A stretch of DNA of 64,000 bases from Fibrobacterales bacterium (lineage in GTDB: Bacteria > Fibrobacterota > Fibrobacteria > Fibrobacterales > JAOPTW01), in NCBI GenBank assembly GCA_051532035.1, contig JAOPTW010000008.1:32001-96000 (forward strand). Reading direction: 5' to 3'. Shown one piece after another: positions 1 through 9,660 of this stretch (positions within the stretch are counted from its first letter, which is position 1; each line of letters begins with the position of its first letter). The position numbers and the translations under genes are program-made. Under the pieces are notes generated by a model that was given only the letters and a program-made list of their open reading frames with translations, was not told where the DNA came from and made no database searches.

Positions 1-260
1 CTTTCTCCGGAGCTATAATTACATTCCTCATCGGAATAGTTCTCTGTACTCGACACCTCCGGGACCTGGCCATCTTGAGAACTATAGTCTACAGCAGGGC
101 AATACTCCTCGCCATCAATTATTTTACAGAGTGATGAGCTACTTGAGATAGAACCTAATTCAACTTCATCAATTTGTGCGGGGGGCTCTTCTGGATTACT
201 GGAAAGAAAACATCCAGTAAATATTAAAAATAGAGTAAGTATTAATGCCAAGTGTTTCAT
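1..260 (-). CDS. Lipoprotein, 5' part only (runs off the left edge of the window)
   Basis: Manual translation from ATG at 260: MKHLALILTLFLIFTGCFLSSNPEEPPAQ..., open to position 1; hydrophobic signal with FTGC lipobox and a Ser/acidic linker. Confidence 0.75.
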   Translation of the reverse strand, partial: MKHLALILTLFLIFTGCFLSSNPEEPPAQIDEVELGSISSSSSLCKIIDGEEYCPAVDYSSQDGQVPEVSSTENYSDEECNYSSGE

Positions 261-353
261 ATGTAGTGTCCTTAAATATTAGTGATATAGGTTAATTTTA
301 GATAAAAAAACTGCAAACCACCAATAACTAAATGACATCTTTTACCAAAAAGC

Positions 354-370
354 GTTCACAAGAAGTGAGC
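354..370. promoter_or_regulatory. Candidate operator palindrome GTTCAC-N5-GTGAGC
   Basis: Intergenic; related copies at 404-420, 511-527, 2404-2420 and 29041-29057. Confidence 0.35.
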
Positions 371-601
371 AGCATTCCTGTTTTCACCCCAAAAACAGTA
401 ACCGCTCTCAGACTGCGCGCTCTTTTCTCAAATCAAATGATTAAACCCCACTAAAAAGAGCTCAAAGATCACAAATATGCTACATATATAAACTTTTGTA
501 AAATTACAGTGCTCACAGATTGGGAGCGCTATTAGCAACCTATATTAGATACAACCGGTTCGTACGGTATATTAAACCTATACTATGAAAGAGAGTACAT
601 T

Positions 602-1435
602 GTGGTAACTATTTTTGACTACTCTGACTACAGAAGCTATTTAGCTGACTATTATGCAGAACAAAAAGAGTCTAATGCAAAATTTTCCCAACGATATTTT
701 GCACAAAAGCTCGGCATCAAGTCTTCTGGATTTTTCTCGGATGTCTTAAAAAGCAGACGCAATCTCTCTCAAAAAAACATTGAGCAGTTTACCACTGCTT
801 TAAAGCTAACCGGAGAGGCACAGTTCTATTTTGAAAACCTCGTTCACTACAACCAAGCAAAAACGGTTGAGGAACAGAAAAAATATTTTCAAAATTTGCT
901 CATGTGCAAAAAACTGAGTATGGAAGTATTAAATCGCGACCAATATACATTTTACTCAAAATGGCACCACACCGCCATTCGTGAAATACTTTTCTATTTT
1001 AAGTTTAAAGACAACTATAGAGAGCTTGCAAAATCACTTATTCCAGCTATTTCAGAGAACGAAGCCAAAGAGTCCATTAGCCTGTTAGTCAAACTTGACC
1101 TCATTGCCCTCGACAAAAGTGGGTATTACAAACAGACCAATGAAACAATCTCTGCTGGAACTAAGCCCCGGTCTGTTGAAATTGGCAACTTCTTGATGGA
1201 GACCTCTGCACTCGCATCCCAAGCAATTAACAGTATGCCTGCAAAAATGAGAGACACTTCAAGCCTCACTATTAGCGCATCAGATAATGGATTTGAAAAA
1301 ATACAGGCCGTACTGGAAAAAGCACGGAAAGATATCTTAAAGATTGCTCAAAATGATACCCAAGAAAACCGAGTCTACCATATGAATTTTCAATGCTTCC
1401 CGCTCACCAAAGAAAACCACCAGGGCACCGTATGA
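602..1435 (+). CDS. TIGR02147 family protein (DUF4423), putative DNA-binding regulator
   Basis: GTG start; IFDYSDYRSYLADYY...FSQRYFAQKLG N-terminus, FYSKWHHTAIRE core, C-terminal VYHMNFQCFPLT are hallmarks of the family. Confidence 0.9.
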   Translation: MVTIFDYSDYRSYLADYYAEQKESNAKFSQRYFAQKLGIKSSGFFSDVLKSRRNLSQKNIEQFTTALKLTGEAQFYFENLVHYNQAKTVEEQKKYFQNLLMCKKLSMEVLNRDQYTFYSKWHHTAIREILFYFKFKDNYRELAKSLIPAISENEAKESISLLVKLDLIALDKSGYYKQTNETISAGTKPRSVEIGNFLMETSALASQAINSMPAKMRDTSSLTISASDNGFEKIQAVLEKARKDILKIAQNDTQENRVYHMNFQCFPLTKENHQGTV

Positions 1436-2334
1436 TACACTTTTCCGCACTTTTCATAGTATTATTTTCTCTTTCTGCATGCTCAGCCATTGGTGATCTT
1501 GCCGGCGGCGGTTCAGATGTATCAAACCCCACAACGCAAGTATCTGAAAACAACTCATCAGAGAGCCTCACACCGGTGAATGACACAGAAAATTTAAGCT
1601 CAACCAATGACACCGATACAGGTCAAAGCGATCAATCCTCAGACTCAAAAATAATTCAGGACAATCAGGAGAATCTATCCGAAGGGGAAGAAACGAATTC
1701 TGAATCTTCAGATACAGGTGACGACTATTCTTCAGAAGGCGATCAGCGAGATTACACTGAAATGAGTTCTGCAGAAGCAAGATATTCAAGTAATCGAGAC
1801 GTCCTCTCATCTATTTCAAGTGCCGATAAAATTGACATCGCTGAACCTCCTCACTCTTCTAACACATCAGAATCCACAGTAAGCTCAGCCATGTCAGATG
1901 CCCCAGAACAATCTTCAGACTTCTCAGCTGGTATAAGAAATAACCAAATATTCTTAGGTGACGTCCTCAGCCCAACTAGTGCATCAAGCGAGAATACAAA
2001 AGCCATAAGCGACACTATTATTACCGGTAACTCAATTGGAGTCCACATGTCTGGAGCCGACACGCTCACTTTTGACATCACTGTTCTCAATTCTCAGACC
2101 TACACTCTCTCACTCCGCGCTATGGGAGCTTTAGGGGCCTCACCATACAGCTTAGCAGTGCCTATAATCTCAACTGACGGCTCTACGAATGCCGCAGTAC
2201 AATTTGAGATCCCTTCAAATGGGAGATGGAATACTGTAGAAAAGAAGCTTCCACTCGATGCAGGAGAATATACGCTTCAATTTATATCACTAAAGGGAAG
2301 TGATTTCACTATCAATTACCTTCTCTTTGACTAA
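1432..2334 (+). CDS. Lipoprotein with Ser-rich linker and C-terminal CBM6/CBM35-like beta-sandwich
   Basis: ATG overlaps the upstream stop (ATGA); LSAC lipobox; DTLTFDITV..TYTLSLRA..GRWNTV..LDAGEYTLQF..FTINYLLF resembles galactose-binding-fold CBMs. Confidence 0.7.
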   Translation: MIHFSALFIVLFSLSACSAIGDLAGGGSDVSNPTTQVSENNSSESLTPVNDTENLSSTNDTDTGQSDQSSDSKIIQDNQENLSEGEETNSESSDTGDDYSSEGDQRDYTEMSSAEARYSSNRDVLSSISSADKIDIAEPPHSSNTSESTVSSAMSDAPEQSSDFSAGIRNNQIFLGDVLSPTSASSENTKAISDTIITGNSIGVHMSGADTLTFDITVLNSQTYTLSLRAMGALGASPYSLAVPIISTDGSTNAAVQFEIPSNGRWNTVEKKLPLDAGEYTLQFISLKGSDFTINYLLFD

Positions 2335-2373
2335 GCCCATCGACATCTTTTAAAAGCAAATCACAATTACAGC

Positions 2374-2406
2374 TGGCCACTCTCATTTACATGAGCGGCC
2401 ATTTTT
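2374..2406 (+). terminator. Probable rho-independent terminator (imperfect stem)
   Basis: TGGCC..CTCAT-TTAC-ATGAG.GGCCA followed by a T-run, 40 bp after the stop at 2334. Confidence 0.5.
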
Positions 2407-2443
2407 CACCCACCGTGAGTAAAATAACAGTGAATTGACTTTT

Positions 2444-2461
2444 ACGTTAATTTTTTCACAT
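2444..2461. promoter_or_regulatory. Candidate Rex operator
   Basis: ACGTTAA-TTTT-TTCACAT resembles the Rex consensus TTGTGAA-N4-TTCACAA; lies just downstream of TTGACT (2435-2440) and upstream of rex. Confidence 0.5.
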
Positions 2462-2544
2462 TTAATAGTATATTTATGACTTCCGCTTCCCATTGAGATC
2501 TCTCATTGGGCAAAAAACAGCCAACATCTTGTAAAGGAGCACCC

Positions 2545-3183
2545 ATGGAGAATATATCAGCCAAGAGCATAGAGCGTCTCTGTCGCTATCGACAGATTCT
2601 TATGAACTTCCTCTCTCTTGGTAAAACGCATATCTTCTCTCATGAGCTCGCTTCAGATATAAATAGTTCTCCAGCACAGGTACGCAGAGACCTCATGCTC
2701 CTCACCCTCACTGGGTCACCGCAAAAAGGGTACCTAATCAAAGAGTTCCTCCAAGAGATTCGTAAAATTATTGACAGTGATCAAACCCAAAATGCCTGCA
2801 TGATAGGAGTAGGTAATCTTGGTCGCGCAGTACTTACCTATTTTTCGAATCGAAAACCGACTATCTCTATTGTAGCAGCGTTCGATGACGACCCACAAAA
2901 GATCAACCGCGTCATTTCAGGATGTAACAGTTTTCATATTAACACAATGTTGGACGCCATCAAAGAACACAATATAACTATCGGCATTTTAACCGTTCCT
3001 GCATCAGATGCCCAAGCTATCGCCAACACCCTTATCCAGGCGGGTATTAAGGGGTTAGTCAACTTTGCCCCTGTCCACCTTAAAGTACCTAAGGATGTCT
3101 ATCTAGAGAATATTGACATTACAATGGCTATCGAAAAGACTGCTTATTTCGCAAAAGCAAACCAAAAATCCCCAACGGAATAA
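2545..3183 (+). CDS. rex: Redox-sensing transcriptional repressor Rex
   Basis: SIERLCRY..SHELA..SPAQVRRDL wHTH; IGVGNLGRA Rossmann motif; GLVNFAP; ATG at 2545 preceded by AAGGAG. Confidence 0.95.
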   Translation: MENISAKSIERLCRYRQILMNFLSLGKTHIFSHELASDINSSPAQVRRDLMLLTLTGSPQKGYLIKEFLQEIRKIIDSDQTQNACMIGVGNLGRAVLTYFSNRKPTISIVAAFDDDPQKINRVISGCNSFHINTMLDAIKEHNITIGILTVPASDAQAIANTLIQAGIKGLVNFAPVHLKVPKDVYLENIDITMAIEKTAYFAKANQKSPTE

Positions 3184-3321
3184 CTCTCTATTTATGCTCC
3201 TTTTTCACGTTTTCAATCTGTTATAAAGTTGTAATTTTGTTGATCCCCATCAAAGAAAAAACGGCCTTTTTAGGTATCTTTACAGCATAAACAAGAGCAC
3301 TCATTACAAAAGTGGAAGCCC

Positions 3322-4746
3322 ATGAGTACAGAATATAAAAACATAATTGACGACGCTAAGATACGCGAAGAACTTACTAAACCTATTGATACATCTGCAG
3401 AAGCAGTACATGCTGTCCTTGAAAAAGCATCAAAACTTAAAGGCATTGATTACCAAGATGTTCTCACACTTCTTAGGGTAGAAGATGAAGAGCTTACCCA
3501 AGAGATTTTCAGAACCGCAAACTTTGTGAAAGAAGCGATTTATGGTAACCGTTTGGTACTGTTTGCACCAATGTACATCTCAAATCTCTGTAATAATGAA
3601 TGTACCTATTGTGCCTTTAGAAAAGACAACACTAAATTAATACGTCGTTCACTTGAACAACACGAAATCAAGCATGAGACTGAACAACTCATCGCCCAAG
3701 GTCACAAAAGAATGCTTCTTGTCGCTGGTGAAGCCTATGGTAAAAAAGGCCTCGACTATGTTCTCGAGTCAATTAAAACCGTTTACGCAACAAAAACCGA
3801 CAAGGGTAATATTCGCCGTATTAATGTTAATATTGCACCGCTCACTGTCGAAGAGTTTAAAAAACTCTATGAGCACGACATTGGGACCTATCAACTCTTC
3901 CAAGAGACCTATCATAAAGACACCTATGAAAGTGTACATGTTAAAGGCCCTAAATCTAATTATGATTTCCGCCTCCAAGCAATTGACCGTGCATTCGAAG
4001 CCGGTTTTGATGATGTAGGAATCGGCGTACTTTTTGGTCTCTACGACTGGAAGTACGAAATACTTGCACTTCTTCAACACATAAATCACCTAGAGTCTAC
4101 TTTTGGCTTAGGCCCACATACTATCTCGGTACCACGTCTTGAACCTGCCCACGAATCAGACATTAGTGAACAACCTCCGTTTGCAGTGAGTGATGAAGAT
4201 TTCAAAAAAATCATATCAGTTCTCAGACTTGCAGTTCCATACACTGGCATTATCCTCAGTACACGAGAAGATGCTCAAATGCGCCGTGATGCGTTTTCAC
4301 TCGGAATTTCTCAAATTTCAGCAGGGTCAAAAACAAACCCCGGTGGATACGAAGGCGAAGAAGGAACATTCGAAGAAGAGGCAGAAGAAGGAATGGCAGG
4401 ACAATTCTCACTTGGTGATGAACGTCCTATGCTCGATGTACTCAAAGATGTTGTTGATGCCGACCATGTACCATCATTCTGTACCGGGTGCTACCGCCGT
4501 GGACGAGTGGGCGCAGACTTTATGGACCTTGCAAAACCAGGCCTCATAAAAGATCACTGCCTTCCAAACGGCCTCCTTACCTTTGAAGAATATCTACAAG
4601 ATTTTGCAGATGAAGATCTCAAAGCTGACGGAGAGAAGCTTATTCAAAAAATGGTTGATAACGATATTGCAAAAGAGAAGACCAAAAAGCTGACCAAACA
4701 ATATCTTCAAGATATTAAAGACGGCGAACGCGATATTTATTTCTAA
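3322..4746 (+). CDS. hydG: [FeFe]-hydrogenase maturation radical SAM enzyme HydG
   Basis: IYGNRLVLFAPMYISNLCNNECTYC radical SAM motif; C-terminal SFCTGCYR...C second-cluster motif; GERDIYF end. Confidence 0.96.
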   Translation: MSTEYKNIIDDAKIREELTKPIDTSAEAVHAVLEKASKLKGIDYQDVLTLLRVEDEELTQEIFRTANFVKEAIYGNRLVLFAPMYISNLCNNECTYCAFRKDNTKLIRRSLEQHEIKHETEQLIAQGHKRMLLVAGEAYGKKGLDYVLESIKTVYATKTDKGNIRRINVNIAPLTVEEFKKLYEHDIGTYQLFQETYHKDTYESVHVKGPKSNYDFRLQAIDRAFEAGFDDVGIGVLFGLYDWKYEILALLQHINHLESTFGLGPHTISVPRLEPAHESDISEQPPFAVSDEDFKKIISVLRLAVPYTGIILSTREDAQMRRDAFSLGISQISAGSKTNPGGYEGEEGTFEEEAEEGMAGQFSLGDERPMLDVLKDVVDADHVPSFCTGCYRRGRVGADFMDLAKPGLIKDHCLPNGLLTFEEYLQDFADEDLKADGEKLIQKMVDNDIAKEKTKKLTKQYLQDIKDGERDIYF

Positions 4747-4769
4747 TCACCCGTTACTTAAGGAGTTTC

Positions 4770-5864
4770 ATGTCAGGTATTCAAGATATTCTCTATAAGA
4801 GCCACTTTACCCAAAGTGATATTGTGGCTCTTCTCTCAACAACCAATCCCGATGAGATTGAGCTCCTTAAACAACACGCCTACAGAGTTAAAAAAGAGAA
4901 TGTAGGCACTAAGGTTTATTTGCGGGGACTCGTAGAGTTTTCCAATACCTGTGCAAAAAACTGCTACTACTGTGGTATCAGACGTGAAAACGACAAAGTA
5001 CGTCGTTATACCGTTACCGATGATGAAGTACTCGATGCCTTTGATTTCGCTTGGAAAAGTGACTTTGCTTCAGTGGTACTTCAGTCTGGCGAACGCTCAG
5101 ACAAACAGTTTACCGACCGAGTCGAGCGACTCCTTAAAAAAATTAAAAAGCGCACTAATAATGAACTCGGCATTACCCTCTCTTGTGGTGAGCAGTCACT
5201 CGATTCTTATAAGCGATGGTTTGATGCTGGTGCACACCGTTACCTTCTCAGAATAGAAGAATCAAACCCAGAACTCTATAGCAAAATACACCCTAACGAT
5301 GAGCTCCACTGTTTTGATGATAGAGTCAAAGCTTTAGGAGACCTTCGAGAAGCGGGTTTTCAAGTTGGAACCGGATTTATGATCGGTCTCCCTTTTCAAA
5401 CCTTAGAAGACATTGCCAATGACCTTCTCTTTATTCAGGAGTACGACATAGACATGGTGGGTATGGGCCCATATATAGAACATGAAAGCACCCCTCTCTG
5501 GAAATACCGCGATACCCTCTTAAGTAAAGAAGAGCGCTACACCCTCGCTATTAAATGCATCTCAGTACTGCGGATAATGATGAAAGACATAAACATTGCA
5601 TCCACAACGGCACTTGAGACACTCCACCCTGATGGCAGAGAACATGGCCTCATGGCTGGAGCAAATATTGCAATGCCCAACCTTACTCCAAAACAATACC
5701 ATGAAGACTATCTCCTCTATCAAGGCAAACCAGGACTCTTTAAAGAGAAAGATGAAGCTAAAGAGACCATAGAGCGTAAAGTTGCTCACATTGGAGAAAC
5801 TATTGGCTATGGCGAATGGGGTGACTCAAAACATTTCGAAAACCGCCAACCTAAACAACCGTAA
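4770..5864 (+). CDS. hydE: [FeFe]-hydrogenase maturation radical SAM enzyme HydE
   Basis: RGLVEFSNTCAKNCYYCGIR; VGTGFMIGLPFQT; GANIAMPNLTP; YLLYQGK; gene context. Confidence 0.95.
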   Translation: MSGIQDILYKSHFTQSDIVALLSTTNPDEIELLKQHAYRVKKENVGTKVYLRGLVEFSNTCAKNCYYCGIRRENDKVRRYTVTDDEVLDAFDFAWKSDFASVVLQSGERSDKQFTDRVERLLKKIKKRTNNELGITLSCGEQSLDSYKRWFDAGAHRYLLRIEESNPELYSKIHPNDELHCFDDRVKALGDLREAGFQVGTGFMIGLPFQTLEDIANDLLFIQEYDIDMVGMGPYIEHESTPLWKYRDTLLSKEERYTLAIKCISVLRIMMKDINIASTTALETLHPDGREHGLMAGANIAMPNLTPKQYHEDYLLYQGKPGLFKEKDEAKETIERKVAHIGETIGYGEWGDSKHFENRQPKQP

Positions 5865-5876
5865 CCCGAGGCCCCA

Positions 5877-7325
5877 ATGAGAACTGAGAAGGATTTTCTA
5901 GGTGAAGTATCCATCGATAATGGAGCCTTGTATGGTATTCATAGTATTCGTGCTCGAAGTAACTTCCCGCACAACACTCCATTTCCGAAAAGCTGGTATA
6001 CTGCCATTGGTTTGGTTAAAAAAAGTTGCTACGAGACCTATCAAAAGTACGCAAGAGAGATGGGCAAGAAATACCCAGACAATGCATCATCATTTATCTC
6101 AGGCACCACTATCGATGCTCTCACACAAGCTGCTTCCGAAGTCCAAGCCGGTACCCACTTTGAACACTTTATTGTTCCGGGCGTATGCGGCGGAGCCGGC
6201 ACGAGCTTCAACATGAATGTCAACGAAATCATAACTAACCGCGCGCTCCAGCTCCTCGACACTACTCCAGGAACCTATTCAACAATAGACCCTATTGAAC
6301 AGGCCAACATCTACCAATCTACCAATGATGTTATTCCGTCTGCTCTTAAAATAGCGGTAATGACCCTCCTCATTGATCTTGAAAAATCTGTAGACCTCAT
6401 TCGACAAAGCTTTGAAGGTCTTGAACGCGAATACCGCGACACCCTCCGCATTGCCTATACTCAAATGCAAGAGGCAGTGCCCTCTTCTTACGGAAAACTT
6501 TTTAGTACCTATCAAGAAGCTCTTTCACGAGATTGGTGGCGCATATCCAAATGCATGGAACGCATAAAAGTCATTAACATTGGTGGAAGTGCCATTGGTA
6601 CGGGAATTACAGTTCCAAAGTATTTTATTTTTGAAGTGATCGAAAACCTACGTCATGAAACACACCTCCCTCTCAGTCGAGGTGACAATTTACAAGATAC
6701 AACCTGTAACCTTGACCCTTTCGTTGAGGTTCATGCGATTCTCAAATCTCTAGCGGTTAATCTAGAAAAAGCAGCAAACGATATTCGCGCGCTCAGTGCC
6801 GACACCTTTCACGAAAGTGATATGACCATTCCTGCACGTCAGTTAGGCAGTTCAATAATGCCTGGCAAAGTGAACCCTGTTATTGCCGAGTATGTAATAT
6901 CAGTCAGTCATGAAGTCTATGCAAATGATGCAAAACTCACCGCACTCTGTGGCATGGGCTTTCTTGATCTCAACGCCTATATTCCAACTATTGGCACGGC
7001 AATCATTAGTACTATTGAACAGCTCACTGCATCGTGTGACACCTTTCGCACCAACCTTCTTGACGGTCTTACCATCGACAAACAACGTTCTGCCGAACGG
7101 CTCCTCAAAAGCCCCTCAATAGCAACCGCACTCGTCCCCTATATTGGGTATAACAAAGCCTCAGAGATTGCGCACATGATTAAAAATGACCACATTACCG
7201 TTCATGAGGCTGTTGCAAAAACAGGCTACCTACCAACTGCGTCGTTGGATGATATTTTAAACCCCAGTAAACTGTTACAACTGGGGTTTGTCTATAGTGA
7301 CATTAAAAAAGCACACGAGCAATAA
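5877..7325 (+). CDS. aspA: Aspartate ammonia-lyase (fumarase/aspartase superfamily)
   Basis: MRTEKDFLGE..LYGIHS.RA; GGAGTSFNMNVNE; QSTNDVIPS; GSSIMPGKVNP signature. Confidence 0.85.
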   Translation: MRTEKDFLGEVSIDNGALYGIHSIRARSNFPHNTPFPKSWYTAIGLVKKSCYETYQKYAREMGKKYPDNASSFISGTTIDALTQAASEVQAGTHFEHFIVPGVCGGAGTSFNMNVNEIITNRALQLLDTTPGTYSTIDPIEQANIYQSTNDVIPSALKIAVMTLLIDLEKSVDLIRQSFEGLEREYRDTLRIAYTQMQEAVPSSYGKLFSTYQEALSRDWWRISKCMERIKVINIGGSAIGTGITVPKYFIFEVIENLRHETHLPLSRGDNLQDTTCNLDPFVEVHAILKSLAVNLEKAANDIRALSADTFHESDMTIPARQLGSSIMPGKVNPVIAEYVISVSHEVYANDAKLTALCGMGFLDLNAYIPTIGTAIISTIEQLTASCDTFRTNLLDGLTIDKQRSAERLLKSPSIATALVPYIGYNKASEIAHMIKNDHITVHEAVAKTGYLPTASLDDILNPSKLLQLGFVYSDIKKAHEQ

Positions 7326-7376
7326 TAGATCACTCAAACAAAAACTTTGGATGATACGTATACTGAGAGAGATACC

Positions 7377-8618
7377 ATGGCAAACCTAAAAAGTTTAAAA
7401 CCTCATATTGGAATTTTTGGCAAACGAAACGTCGGCAAAAGTTCATTTATCAATGCAATTTCAAACCAGGACATCGCCATAGTTTCGGATTATGCAGGGA
7501 CCACTACTGACCCTGTCAATAAAACGATGGAGCTTGCAGAAGTTGGGCCTGTCATCCTTATCGATACTGCGGGAGTTGATGATGAAGGTGAGATTGGACA
7601 AAAACGAATTGAAGCCACCCAAAAAACCATTCCAAAAATTGACATTGGAATCGTCATCATCTCAGAGAACAGTTTTGATGAACACGAGCAAGGGGTCATA
7701 AAGCTCCTCGATAAAAAGAATACACCGTTTATAATAATTCACAACAAATCGGATGTAGAACCACTCAGCAAAGAACTTAAAGAACATTTAGCTGAGAAAA
7801 CTACTGCAGATGACATTCTTGAATTCAGTACTATTGAGCGCACCAATGTTCGCGAGATCATTGCCTCGGTTAAGAAAAACCTTCCGACATCATCCTACAA
7901 CAACCCCTCTATTCTGGGTGACCTTGTCAGTTATGGCGATGTAGTCGTTCTGGTAACCCCTATTGATATTGAAGCACCTAAAGGGCGCATCATTCTCCCT
8001 CAAGTACAAACCATCCGAGACGCTCTTGACAATGAATGCATGGTCGTCATGATGAAAGAGCGTGAACTCGATATCTTTTTTAAAAAATATAACATGAAAC
8101 CAAAACTGGTTATTACCGACAGCCAGATTTTTCTCAAAGCCTCAGCATCGATACCCAAAGGTATTCCTCTCACAAGCTTCAGCATACTCTTTGCCCGCAT
8201 GAAAGGCGATTTCAATATGTTCATTGAGGGAACTCGCCAGATTTCAACCTTAAAAGAGAACGACAATATACTCATTCTTGAATCCTGCTCACACCATGTT
8301 ACAGGGGATGATATTGGTCGGGTCAAAATACCTCGGTGGCTCTCCAACTTTACCGGCCTTACTCTCAATTATGATATTGTTGCAGGATTTAACCAAGCCC
8401 CTAAAGACATCAATGAGTATAGTCTTATTGTACAGTGTGGTGGATGTATGCTCACACGAAAACAATTAATTAATCGCGTTAAACCAGGTGTGGATAATGT
8501 TATCCCTATTACCAACTACGGGATGACAATTGCCTATTGCCATGGTATATTTGAACAAGCAATCGAACCTTTTATGCAGACTGGAAAAGAGCAAGAGCGT
8601 CATCTCGACTACCTCTAA
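7377..8618 (+). CDS. hydF: [FeFe]-hydrogenase maturation GTPase HydF
   Basis: GKRNVGKSS P-loop, GTTTDPV, DTAG, NKSD; APKGRIILPQVQ; ESCSHH...QCGGC cluster ligands. Confidence 0.96.
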   Translation: MANLKSLKPHIGIFGKRNVGKSSFINAISNQDIAIVSDYAGTTTDPVNKTMELAEVGPVILIDTAGVDDEGEIGQKRIEATQKTIPKIDIGIVIISENSFDEHEQGVIKLLDKKNTPFIIIHNKSDVEPLSKELKEHLAEKTTADDILEFSTIERTNVREIIASVKKNLPTSSYNNPSILGDLVSYGDVVVLVTPIDIEAPKGRIILPQVQTIRDALDNECMVVMMKERELDIFFKKYNMKPKLVITDSQIFLKASASIPKGIPLTSFSILFARMKGDFNMFIEGTRQISTLKENDNILILESCSHHVTGDDIGRVKIPRWLSNFTGLTLNYDIVAGFNQAPKDINEYSLIVQCGGCMLTRKQLINRVKPGVDNVIPITNYGMTIAYCHGIFEQAIEPFMQTGKEQERHLDYL

Positions 8619-8645
8619 CCTTACACTCCGGTTAGAGGATTTTTT

Positions 8646-9659
8646 ATGAGCTCACCAAAACCAATAATACTCATTACTATGGGCGACCCCAATGGTGTTG
8701 GCCCCGAAGTATGTATTCGATCTTTCAATGAAGGCTCCCTCTTTGATCTTTGTACACCAATTGTCATTGGCGACCCTGCGGTACTCAGTCAAGCATCAGC
8801 ACTACTTAAAGGAGCTTTCCCCATTGCCCCCATCGATTCGGTAACAAGCCCGATTGAAGCACAAACAATTCCAGTACTCTGCCCAACACCTTTTATCGAA
8901 GCAGTGCAGCCAGGAGTTATATCAAAAGAAGCTGGAGTCGTTTCACTCAGCTATATAACCACTGCAGTCAATCTGTTAAAAGAAGGTACGGCGGCAGCTA
9001 TGGTTACGGCTCCCATTTGTAAAGAGGCAATTGAACCAACCGTCCCCGGCTTTCAAGGACACACTGAATATATTGGTGAAATGTGTGGTGACCCTCATCC
9101 AGTGTTAACACTTATTGAACCAGGCTGGGTTATCTCTCATGTATCGACCCATGTCTCTCTTCGAGAGGCCATTGACCGAGTTGAACCAGTACGCATCACC
9201 AAAACAGCCGAACTTCTCAACAACCTCCTTAAAAAGCTCACGGGGAAAAATGCCCCTAAAATTGGCGTTGCTGGGTTAAACCCTCATGCAGGAGAGGGTG
9301 GTTTATTTGGGCGTGAAGAGATTGAAATTATCGCCCCTACTATTGCAGAATTACGACAGAAAGGCATTGATGCACACGGCCCCTATCCTGCCGATGTGGT
9401 ATTCCCTCAGATGAAAGCGGGCACCTTTGATGGCGTTGTTGCCATGTATCACGACCAGGGTCATATCGTAACGAAAACCCTCTCGTTTTCCCTCGGCGAA
9501 GAGCGCACCCTCAATGGAGTTAATGCTACGCTTGGGCTCGACATCATTAGAACCTCGGTTGATCACGGTACTGGTTTTGATATTGCCTGGAAAGGCATTG
9601 CACACCATGGCAGTATGCTCGATGCTATTAACTGCGCTATCACATTAAGTAGATCGTAG
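8646..9659 (+). CDS. pdxA: PdxA family 4-hydroxythreonine-4-phosphate dehydrogenase (or PdxA2)
   Basis: TMGDPNGVGPE, TAPICKE, GHTE, GLNPHAGEGGLFGREE, MYHDQG, RTSVDHGT. Confidence 0.92.
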   Translation: MSSPKPIILITMGDPNGVGPEVCIRSFNEGSLFDLCTPIVIGDPAVLSQASALLKGAFPIAPIDSVTSPIEAQTIPVLCPTPFIEAVQPGVISKEAGVVSLSYITTAVNLLKEGTAAAMVTAPICKEAIEPTVPGFQGHTEYIGEMCGDPHPVLTLIEPGWVISHVSTHVSLREAIDRVEPVRITKTAELLNNLLKKLTGKNAPKIGVAGLNPHAGEGGLFGREEIEIIAPTIAELRQKGIDAHGPYPADVVFPQMKAGTFDGVVAMYHDQGHIVTKTLSFSLGEERTLNGVNATLGLDIIRTSVDHGTGFDIAWKGIAHHGSMLDAINCAITLSRS

Positions 9660-9660
9660 C

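Noticed and set aside
8430..8450. HydF QCGGC instead of HCxxC
   Set aside because: To my knowledge a common natural variant among HydF proteins; the Cys ligands are intact.
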